Notes under the pieces: generated by a model
What the model saw: only the letters and a program-made list of their open reading frames with translations
What the model was told of the DNA's origin: nothing
Database searches by the model: none
Shown here: piece after piece, positions 12,398 to 23,900 of the stretch
How positions within the stretch are numbered: position 1 is the stretch's first letter
Layout: each line of letters opens with the position of its first letter
Translations under genes and position numbers: made by a program
NCBI GenBank assembly: GCA_963514005.1
Contig: OY740797.1
Location: 42,656,001-42,720,000, forward strand
Reading direction: 5' to 3'
Length of the DNA stretch: 64,000 nt
Origin: Raja brachyura
Taxonomy: Eukaryota

Positions 12398-12836
12398 TAG
12401 TTTAGTTTAGTTCAAAGGCACAGCTTGGACGCTGGCCCTTTGGCCCACTGAGTCTGCGCCAACCAACAATCACCCGTACATGGGTAGACAAAAGTGCTGG
12501 AGAAACTCAGCAGCAAATGCACCAGCAGAAACGTTGCCTATTTCCTTCGCTCCATACATGCTGCTGCACCTGCGGAGTTTCTCAAGCACTTTTGTCTACT
12601 TTCAATTTTCCAGCATCTGCAGTTCCTTCTTAATCACCCGTACATATTAGGGACAATTTAAACAAGACAATTATTCTGCAAAACTGCACCCCTTTTTAAA
12701 ATGGGACGAAACCGGAGCACCTGGAGAAAACCCACGCGGTCACAGGGAGAACGTACAAACTCAGTCCAGACAGCACCAAAGTCAGGATCGAGCCTGGGTC
12801 TTTGGCACTGTGAGGCAGCAACTGTGTTGCCACTGT
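12398..12836 (-). mobile_element. V-SINE interrupted by a 150-bp Penelope-derived insertion
   Basis: (tttag) tail at left; reverse V-domain and B-box at 12700-12836. Confidence 0.8.
12482..12631 (+). mobile_element. Mini Penelope pseudo-LTR insertion with an inverted 5' end and a 14-bp TSD
   Basis: AATCACCCGTACAT at 12468-12481 and 12632-12645; ends ccagcatctgcagttccttctt like 41260-41280. Confidence 0.85.
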
Positions 12837-13553
12837 CGTTTTTCTTCCAGTTTCCCTCCAATTGTTCCTTCTTTGTCTTCATCTTGTGAGATGTGTACTG
12901 ACGTCTGGCTATACAAGTGCTGGCTACCCTTATCAAAGCGGTCATTCACTGTGTGTGTACCTGCATAGCACATTGCAACAGGGAGTCCAACACAGATAAG
13001 TTCTGACTCTAACCTCAGCTCTTTCGTCATTCAAGGCCCACACACTTGCAATTCCAATGCAGGCCACTGAATAATAAATAGGAGCCATTTCTGCATTTTC
13101 CTTCCGCAGCTCAGAGATTCTGAGTCTATTTTATTGCAGAATTTGTCCACTAAATCATATTATCAGACAAGATTTAAAGGGCTACAGTCCATAAAATGTG
13201 TGGCTGACAAGCAGATAGAATTATTTGTTATTTGTATCAAAAATACACCATTAAATCAGAAACAGTATCAGTGCTTGATATGCACATTGCAGTGAAAGCA
13301 GCGTTTTCTTAATCAGCTTTTCACCCACAACAGTATCTGCTCATGGGCGTTCAGTTGGGATGCCTTCAGTTTGGGCATGCAGGGATAGTGATAAACATAT
13401 TTGCTGAGAAGTTCATCGCTGCCATTCACCAGTAAAATTTCAGGCCTGGTCTGGCTGGTCTAGGCTGCAATCATTGCGAGGGAGGGAGGCTTGGGCAGCA
13501 AATCCCTTCCGATGAGCCTAAGGGGCCCGACCCTACTTGGAAGGCACTTAAAG

Positions 13554-13887
13554 TTCCCGATGTTGGGGGAGTCCAGAACCAGAGGTCACAGTTTCAGAGT
13601 AAGGGGTAGGCCATTTAGGACTGAGATAAGGAAAACCTTTTTCACCCAGAGAGTTGTGAATCTGTGGAATTCTCTGCCACAGAAGGCAGTGGAGGCCAAT
13701 TCACTGGATGTTTTCAAGAGAGAGCTAGATTTATCTCATAGGGCTAACGGAATCAAAGGATATGGGGAGAAAACAGGAGCGGGGTTCTGATTTTAGATGA
13801 TCAGCCATGATCACATTGAATGGCGGTGCTGGCTTGAAGGGCCCAAATGGCTTGTCCCTACATCAGTTTTCCAGGTTTCTATGTTTC
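13554..13887 (+). mobile_element. CR1 LINE 3' end
   Basis: GESRTRGHSFRVRGRPFRTE...FFTQRVVNLWNSLP; TAAAG on both sides. Confidence 0.9.
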
Positions 13888-15337
13888 TAAAGCGGAGAAG
13901 CAAGTCTGAACACTCTTCTGGCGTGAGCTCGACTGTAAAGTTAAATTGCAAACGCCCGACGCCGACAATCCTCTGATGATGCAACCGGTCTCAATCCGCA
14001 ATGCCAACCTTAGACCTTAATAAAAGCCCAGCTGTGTGGACAGAGGACATGGGAGTGGTTGGGGAGTGGCAGGTGGGGTGGGGGAAGGGTGGGGGGTGGG
14101 GGGGGGGGGGGTAATCAGGGAGGAGGAGGAAGTCCCTATCTAAAGAAGGCCATGGCTTCTCAGTGACATCGGAGAGATACATTTGGTCATCTGGTTCTAA
14201 CTGGAAGCTGAGAAGAAACTGTGACCGCTTCCTCCTTGGGACTCTTTGCTCTCCGTAACCTGGCAGATGACCACCACTGACATGCCATGAAACATTATAG
14301 ACTGAGCCAGATGGTGTCATCACAGGACTAGCAGCTTGGGACGTTTGCAGTTTAATTTTCAGAGCAGGCCAGAAGAGAGTTCAGGTCTCCGTCTCTGCTT
14401 TAACTGCCTTCCATGCAGGGTGAGTTAAAAATCTGGCCACAGATATTTTCATTTCACAAGCAATAGTGCAGCATTATTCTTTGTTTAGGAAGTACCTCAT
14501 TCGTTTTATAATGTATTTTATCTGCATTTTCAATCTGCGGTTTTCTATTGGTTTCCCCCTGTTATTCCCTTCTTTTATAATCAAAGAGCTGTGTGTATAT
14601 CCGTTCTACAACTGGCTGGCAGCCGAGTATGCTGAAGACTGCCAGCACAAGTGGTCCACCATGAATCTCCTGATCAGAAGCGTATATTTCATAGGGCAGA
14701 ATTAAATGAATGTTTTATTTTCCCCATGGTGGGACATATCAGCTGCTGTAACAGGCTAGGTGAGAGCTGCTGTCGTTAATCACACATATTGGCTGGTGGG
14801 ATATATCAGCCAACAAAGCTGCCCAAGTTCAAACTGATGAGACTTATATAAGGTAGTGGTTGGTTAGCTGCAGTCCTAAGTCTCTGTACAAATACAATTC
14901 GCAACTATTGTCAGGCAGAACTTCACTCCTGCATTATCAGATTGTAATAAATTATTCAGTAAATAAAATGGTATTTGATTAGGCAGAGTTTGAAATGATA
15001 TTGCATGTGTTGCTGTGGTAGATCTGAAGTTATTGGAACATTGTTTAACAGGTTTAAAAATGTTTAAATATTTTTAAATTTCTAGAATGTCATTTTTAGT
15101 GTTACTTCTGCGGATAGCAAAGGCAGATGCTTCTCGAAAGTAAATCAATGTCACGTACATAATATTCCCACATTTTCACAATCTCTCATTGTAACAGATT
15201 GCAAAACTCTATTTTGTTTTACAGTCATGGTACAGTATCATTCAAGAAATTTCATAACAAGCATAATTTAAATGCGAGCGTCAGCATTGTTAAGTACCCC
15301 TCACTCACACTCGCCCTCCTGGACATGCATAATTAGC

Positions 15338-15790
15338 ATATGATGAGCGTTGGACAGCACTGGGCTAAACTCGCTGGAGTTTAGAAGGTTGAGGAGGGAC
15401 CTCATTGAAAGTTACAGAATAACGAAAGGCATAGATAGAGTGGATGTGGAAAGGATGTTTCCACTGGTGGGAGAGTCTAGGACCAGAGGTCACAGCCTCA
15501 GAATTAAAGGACGCTCTTTTAGAAAGGAGGTGAGGAGGAACTTATTTTGTCAGAGGGTAGTTAATCTGTGGAAGTCATTGCCACAGAGGGCTGTGGAGGC
15601 CAAGTCAGTGGATATTTTCAAGGCAGAGATAGACAAATTCTTGATTAGAACGGATGTCAAGGGTGTAAGGGGAGAAGGTGGGAAAATGGGATTAGGAGGC
15701 AGAGATCAGTCATGGTTGAATGGCGGAGTGGACTAGGTGGTCCAAATGGCTTAATTCTACTCCCATAAATTGTGACCTTGTGAACAGGTT
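15338..15790 (+). mobile_element. CR1 LINE 3' end
   Basis: ORF 15350-15736 SLEFRRLRRDLIE...TRGHSL...QRVVNLWKSLP. Confidence 0.9.
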
Positions 15791-16114
15791 CCTGAGGTGA
15801 CGTCTCTCTGATTGCACTGGGCCTAAGTAAGGAAGCCTTGAGTAATGACAGGTCCTCGAGCATCAGAGTTGAGACATGTGATCAGGCCAGGTTAAGCCCG
15901 CCCACAAAACTCAAAGTCTTGATAGTCAGCAAAGCTTCACCTCAGCTTTGCCAGCTGTCAAAACTATCACCGCCTTTCAATGATATTTATAATAATGTAA
16001 AGTAATTGAAGTTAAATAAGTAATTAAACTATATTTTTCAACACAAAAGAAAAAAAATATCAGCAATTTCAAAGAGAGCAGGAAAGAATAAAAACAAAAA
16101 TAAATTTCACATTT

Positions 16115-16245
16115 GAAGAAACAAGGAACTGCAGATATTGGTTTGTACAAAAGGACACCAAGTGCTGGAATCACTCAACGGGTCAGACAGCATTTCTGGA
16201 GAACAAGGATAGGCAATATTTCAGGTTGGGACTCTTCCTCAGCCT
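16115..16245 (-). mobile_element. Degenerate Penelope pseudo-LTR unit
   Basis: aaggaactgcagatattgg...tgctggaatcactcaacgggtcagacagcat. Confidence 0.65.
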
Positions 16246-17464
16246 TCAGTTAAGTAACTCCTTTAATTCAAGCTTGAACCTTCCTTTCTTCCCTCTACAC
16301 CTCCGCAATCTAACCTGGCGGAGAGGATCCAAGAGGAGACTCCCCAGTGTAAATGGTGGAGGATCCAGAAAACCCGCTTCACCACTGGACTCCATGAATA
16401 TCTGACAGGAGCCAGCCAATTATTGGAAACGTTTGCCCCCCCCCCCCCCCCCGTGTGGGAATCCTGAACTGCCCCCGGAATCTTCCCGCCATTTCCAGGT
16501 GCAACTGTTGCCATTTTCCATCATTGTTTCGATCATTGCTGAAAATATTCTTGTTATGCTGGATGATGTCGGTATTATGGGCTGACGTCAAGCAGATATT
16601 ATGGATAGTTTCCTGAGCTGGGTTTTGAGTGTTTAAAAATTTGTCCATGTTAAATTTTGTGAAGATTAAACACTATTGTCACAGTGATGAATTCAATGCA
16701 TTTGTATTCATCTCTTTTTAGCAGTTCAATGATAATTTGCAGAGACACTGGGATCTATAACATCTCCATAAATGTTGTATAGATTTACTATTTGGTGTTT
16801 GAAATCCTGTTAGGCTGCTTTCTTATCTATCACTGCTACAAGATAATAAGCTGTGTCAGGTAAGTAATAGCCAATAAGTGCCCCACAGAATGAGCACCTC
16901 CCACCCATTAATTATTTGTTTGATTTATTTAATTGAATGCCCTGTAGATCTCAGTGTTAGACAATAGTTAGCTATGTACTGAAAATGTGGTTTAAAAAAA
17001 TACCATGCTATATACTATATTAAAAAAATGCTGCTGCAAAAGGCCAGACCAGGTCAGTTGGTTGCACCGAGTGTAAATGCAGCCATACATGATTATTTCT
17101 TACTTTTTTACAAGCAATAAACAACCTCAATAAAATCAGCCTGAATTGCAAGTACGTATTTAGTGATTGCTATTTTAATCGAACAATTAGCATGATAATT
17201 CCCAGAAACAGCAAATATCACTGTAATACAATGTTTCATTGGTAATGGACAGTCCCAGTGAAAAACAAGTAATCACATTAAAACATAAATAGAAAATGTT
17301 AAAGGAGGAAGCAAAAATGAGCTCTTTTACAGTTTGCATAAATTGTCTCCATGGTGAGTGCAATCTCCAAATCAGATTTCATTGAAAATACAAATGCGCT
17401 ACTAAAACTCACTACGTTGCGTACATTTTGGAATTCTTCAAATAAAACACAGCATGGATTAAAT

Positions 17465-17910
17465 CACCGAATCACAGGATGGGGAGCAGAGGAGGAGGCT
17501 ATATGGCGAATCAGTCTGGGGTCTGATTTTTTTAAGACAAATCAAAGTAATTCATCCTTCATTCCTTTCCCAAATTCCTGCAAGTTCGTCTTCCTCAAAC
17601 TTTTAAACTATCTAATATCCACCAACCCACCGAAGAGTGCATTACAAACCCTGACCACTTGTTAATTAGAAAAAGTTTTACCTTGCGTCTTTGCTGATTC
17701 TCCTGCCAAGCACCTTAAATATAAGCTGCCTGAGCATTGGCCCTTCAGCCATTAGGAACTATTTCTCCAGATTATACTCTTGCTAAATTGTTGTTAATTT
17801 TAAGCACTATCAGATCCTCTCTCAGCCTTTCCCACTGTAAGGAGAAAGGCACCAGCTTCCTCAGTCTACTTACATATCAGTAATCTCCCATCCCTGGAAC
17901 TATCCTAGTT
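17465..17910 (-). mobile_element. Old, highly diverged CR1 fragment
   Basis: Residual ggaggctat.., tcctctctcagcctt..taaggaga, ccatccctggaac..cctagt motifs. Confidence 0.5.
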
Positions 17911-20900
17911 AATGTATTCCAGGCATCAACTGAAATATCTGCAGACCATATAATAGGTTTATTTTGCACTCTTGGATAGGCTGAAGGAAAAAGCTTGTTA
18001 ACTGTTCAGTAATTCCTTCCTCTCCCTTTCTATCCTTTTGTGCCAGTCTATGGTTTATCAGCACCATTATCAGTTGGTGCGTCGCTGAATTTTCCATCCC
18101 CGCTCATTCACTTTTCCAAAGGGAGGATCCTATCTCCTTCACTCCCTCCTGTGCTCAATATCCGAAGTGAATATCTGCACAAGACACAAATCCATCTCAT
18201 TCTATAACTTAATGTTTAAAAGGACAGTAAAAGGACAGCAAAAAACACCCCTCTTTTCCTCAGAAAACCATTATTACTTATTTGAATCATCTTCTCAGAT
18301 TATAATTCCATATAAACATATTAAGATATGTTATCTGCACAGACTGTTAAAAGTCGACTTCTGCGTATCTGCTTAAGTTTTTAATGTTAAGATACTCTGT
18401 GAGTTTTCTATCAAAAGGTCCTTCAAATTTCATCCCGTTAATTCCTTGGCGACAAAATAGAAGTTTTCTGTTACATTTATTACTCCTGTTTGTGGTTGCA
18501 CCCTGAACATCTCCTCTGACTGATGCATAACTATCAAATGCAAAAGTTTCTCTCCTCGAGGTGGGTTTCCTATGCATGTAGCTGAATACTTTTTCTGTCA
18601 AATATTTAAAATCTACTAGCATAGAAATGACTGCCAAGCACCAGCTTTTTGCTAAGTAATGATTTTTTTTTTTTACAGCATATGTTTACTTAGTTGTGCA
18701 ATTTCAAACGATGTGTTAAAAATGGGGTGCTTTATTCCAAACGCAGCAATGATAAGTCAGTGTTTACCTTTTCCATATTTATGCCGATTTATTTGGTTTA
18801 TGTGGCAAAATATCTGTAGCTAGAGTTTAAAGGACCAGCTTTGTTTGCCAAGGTTTAAAGTTGCATTTTCATGTATAAACCTTATGATCAGCAGCATATA
18901 ATTCAGCTGTGATTCAAACATGTGCAAGTTATTAGACCTATTTACTGGGAAAAGCAAAAATGTCGCCAGTTAACAATCACAACCACAAAATTGTACATGG
19001 GACTTGAGTAAATCTACACGCAGATATTAGCAATGTGGTATCCTATCTTTTAATATGCTTTTACCATCATCTGCATTTTTTTTGTTAAAATTGACAGTTA
19101 AGTATTCTTTGACTTCAAGGCTAATGTGGCTTTGTAACTTTATGGAAGAAAATTGAAGGGAAAATTACATCTTATACAATATTATGAATCAGGATCTATG
19201 TTCTCAAGAAGAATACAATTTATTTTTTAATTATCAGTTTTGAATAGGTCTAAATTAATTATGCAATTGTATGTGTATGTTCCTTTACCACAAGCGATCT
19301 TAATGTAAAGTGTTTGCCATCCCGGTTATGTTTTGCATGTAGGATTTCTGAAAAGTCTTGGGTTGATTAATATTATCCATTGTCCTGTAACCATGGCAAT
19401 AGGGTCAGCACATATAATACTTAATTTAATCTTCCCACTGCTTGTGTGCATCACCAGTGTCCAAATAATAGGAAGTCTCGCGTTTTGTGACTGTTATTAT
19501 CTGTATCACCAGACCTTCACATGACCAAGAGGAATAAACCCATTTTATTTAATATATGCAGTAAAATTCCTACACCCCCATCCCCCACCACCCCAATCAC
19601 ACACATATACACGGTTGCAATACAGTACTCTTAAGGATTTTGATAGGTTTCCATCAGCTCTGTGGGTTTATAAGCATGTCGTTCAGTCAAATGAACCTTT
19701 GCGGATTCTCATTGCTGATACAATTGACTGCAGAGTCTGATGGTGTTGCTAGCCAGGTGGGTCAAGTGCACTGCTTTATCTTCATTTGGCCCAGACCTTA
19801 TGTTATCTCATCTTAAAAGCTGCGGTGGCTGGAATTGGGAAGGGGGTGGGGAGGAGTTGCACAGACAATTGGACGAAGAGACAGACACAGACTAAGAGAG
19901 GGCAGGGAGGGATGTTTTCTGCATGCAACTGCTGACTGTTAATCATACTCGGTGTTGTGTTGACTTGTAGTATGTCAGCAGGCAGTATAGAACAAGATAA
20001 GAGCTGAATTTCATGCCCATGATTTCAGTGTGTTTGAATCTTTCTTGATGAAGCTAGACCAAAAGCAGTAACGTTCAATTTACCCAATATCGCTTCCTAT
20101 TTCGAGTTTGTTGCTGCCTAATGCAAAAGGCACCACTGTTTCACCAAGCATGTCATAAATTTGTATGTACGTTTTAAAAAATCCCCTTTTTCTGAAAAAT
20201 AATGCCACAAACACACTTGATAATCTAGCGTTATCTTGTAAAAAATATTAAAACATTTAACATGCCATTCTGGATGAGGAGTACTGCTGAGTATATCAAG
20301 AAAGAAAGATCACTAACAATAATCCTCTTTATTTTTTTTCCCTTCTGGTTTAATGTATTTTCTATACTTTCATTAATTCTGATCACCTACCAATTTTAAT
20401 GGCAAGAGGTTGTAAAAAAAAAAAATCTCCCACAAAAAAAATTGCAGCTATTAAATAGGATTAGCGATGGGATTTTGTTTTCTTTTTTAAAATGCACAAT
20501 TTTGTCAGCTGTGGCATTTGTCACAAGGTTAACTCATTTTGATTTTATTTTTATAATTCATTAAACGTCACTCAGAACATGATTTAAGAAAAAAACGGCG
20601 ATGTAAAGCAGAATAAACGCCTTACATTAAAGCAAACCTACATGACTGAATCTTTTTTGTGATATACCCACTGCTGTATACATTCACGTGGCAGGCAACT
20701 ATAATAAGATGAAGCGCGTAAAAAATATCAGCATCTAAGAGCACCCAGGAGCAGTGATAGACTGGTGTATTTCAGTCATTTCTCACTCTAGTTATTATGT
20801 ACAGTATATGTTATGCAGGCACCATAACGCCATGAGATTTCTGCATCTTTGCAATTTTTTTTGATTGCCAATTTTCTCTATACAGTTGAACAGCTACAAC

Positions 20901-23900
20901 ATTTCCCATGTTGTCTTTGGCCTCTGAATGGAAATGCAACCATCAATGGATATTGAGTGTCAGTTTGTATAATAAATACGAGCGTAAGACACATTCTGCA
21001 TTTTACATATCAATTCCTGATTTCTTTGCGTATGTTAATGGCCGAGGAGCACTTTCTGTGCATTATCCGTTAAAATTAAAATAAGCTTTTAAGGCTTACA
21101 CCCTCATTACACATATTAGAATGTCAAAGCCAGCAGATTAACAAAGGGTGGATAAGGAAATGGCCTGTAATGGTTCAGATTTTTTTTAGAAGGGGTCAGA
21201 GGGTCTTTGATGCACACAGAATATATGATAAATAAATTCTGAGAATCCTGGTTTCATTATTTTAAAGATTGCTAACAATCTTAGATTTGATAAATAAAGT
21301 GATCTCGTGTTATTTTGTGGAGAGATAATATTTATTATCAAGCCTAATTTAGATTTCCTTGTCAACATTTTACAGAAGCAATTTTTTTGTTGGCAATTTT
21401 ATAGTATTATTTCCAATTTCATTTTAACAAGAAGCTTACATTGGGATTCAAGACCCATTTGTCAGGTGTTTGGGTCCATCTTACATCTCCCTCAGCTCCA
21501 ATTCAATTTTAAGAAGCCACGTGAACATATAAATATTTTTGCAGCATTTAGTATTTTTAATAAAGTTTGTGCATTATTTAATAGTGAGGTTAAAAAGGCA
21601 GCTGGTGTATCATGTTAACCCCCATCTGAAAATATGATGGGATGCGCTGCCTGGACTGCCAAACATTTATCATATGTCCGAATCCAACCCATTGACCACA
21701 GCTGCCTTGCTTTCTATTAACCCAGCGCAAAAATTTGGATTTTCACTGTCGACTGTGAGATCCCCATAAGTCATTCATTTACATGTACTAACAATCTTGG
21801 GCTTTAAATCTTAAATTTATTGCAAGCAGGGCTGATGACAGGCAGCCCCTGTCCTTCATCTTATAGATGCTCTTGATACCCCAGCAAGCCTTTTGTTAGT
21901 ATTGATGTAAACATTACCACAAATCACCACTTAGGGACTAGAAACAATTGACTAACTGTTTTCAGATCCAATACACATAACTTGATCAGACACAAAGTTT
22001 AAGTACAGTTAGCCTTGGCAACATCAACTAAAGCTGAAAATAGTGGCTGTTAATGGGCCACACAGTAAGAGCCTGAAGCCAGGATCATCCCAGGGAGAGT
22101 GTATGTGGCAGTATAGTCAGAAAACTGTGGCAAGTGGTCAGCTCGCTTTCGAAAAGTGCCTCCGTTTCCTTGGAGAGCTTTTCAAAGAAAAGCTGATTTG
22201 TTTATAGTGATGAAGTAGCAGTGGATCGTTTGTTGTTTTTGTGCCTCTGACCCTTCAGTGTAAAATGCATTTCTTTTGTAACGAATCTTCTCGGCACGTT
22301 ATTCTTCACATTTTGTGAGGTCCCTGATGCGGGGCAACACCTCCCAATTACAACGGCTGCCAGAAGCTAATTTGGTGATCATTGTGAACTATAATGGAGG
22401 ATTGTGCCAGTCTATTGAGGTATTTGCATACTGTACATACCATGAATGTGGAATGGTGACTAGCCTTTTGCAAAATGGCAATTATGGGTCATTAAGCATT
22501 CAGCCTGCAGAAAGCAGCTGAAGTCTGATTTTTTTGAGCGAGTGTTTTTATTTCACAACAGTACATTAGCTCCCAAAGCATTGTATGGTGGATCTCAACC
22601 CTCACCAATCTGTCCTTTTATTTTTCCATTACTTCTCCTTTGCTACACAGATTCTTGTGGAACTGGCTGCTTCGTGGAGAGGGTAGCGATGGCAAGTGGT
22701 TACTTTGGATACTGTAGGAATGATTGGCAAGAGCATTCTGACCCACGGCCACCTCGCACTTTATGAGAACTACCGCTCTCTCCACATACTACAGACAGGC
22801 CCGTGCTGCATCCTATGACTGAATTATACAATGACTGATTTATTCTATGAAGGCACTCAGAGGGGGAAAAAAAGGCAGAGTGATGAAGAATTGAATCAAG
22901 GATATGTAATATAGGTTAGCTAAGTAAGGGATTGTGACAGAAGAAAAATGGCAACAGTGAACTGATTAAGTTACTTTTATAAGTGTGAGCTATTTTAATC
23001 ACATTTCTCTGGCTGTGACCAGATAGAGTTTTAAAGGGATGAAATTGCTGGGCCATCCTTCACCTTGAATTAAATCTGATATACATGCATACAGCCAACC
23101 AGATATTGCGTTTACATATTCCTACACCAATTAAAAGGAACATTTTGATCAACGGAAAACGTGGCTGTGTTGCAAATAAGATCTTTCATTTCCTTTTGAA
23201 GTAAATGAATTGGCAGGGTATACTTTTGAGTCTGAGACTAAGTGCAGATGTAAAATTAGAAGAAGAAAGATTTGATAAACCCAGCAGCATTTCGGAAAGC
23301 CATCCTTCAGGAAGCTATGCATTTTATTTTTTTAAATATAAATATTGGTTTACTCGAAAAAGGGAAATGAGTCTTTGAAAAAGCCTAATTTGTAAAAGTT
23401 AAATCAATACATGTACAAAACACTTATTGTTAAAGCAAATAGGAAAATAATATAAATCACACTCACAGCACCAGGCATGTGAATTTTACAATATAGTGTA
23501 ATGGTTATTGCAGAATAAAATAGCATTGAGATCAATATTACACCATATTTCTCCCTCTTTTAATCACCTAATTTGTGAAATGGCATTGGAATTTCAAATC
23601 TCATTTAAACATTTGTAGAAATAGGGCATAAATCATTTTGAATTACTGGAACACTCTAATTTATTGAATTGCATTAGTAATTAGTAATTGAAAAATATTA
23701 GAGATCTACTTTCTATACAGTAGTTACAGATAAAGAAAAGAATTGAGAAGAAAGATGCAAAAATAATTGGTCCTGACTGTATCTTCCTTTCCTTCAAAGC
23801 TAAATCTCTGTAATTAATAAAGTCATTTGATGCTGTTAAATGTTGCGCTCGGTTTAAAAAATCTATACTCGTGGTTACAGTCGATCCAATTTAACTAAAG

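Noticed and set aside
19929-19981. Possible hairpin (CTGCTGA/TCAGCAG plus CATACT/AGTATG)
   Set aside because: Large bulge and loop; not pre-miRNA-like and no known mature sequence recognised
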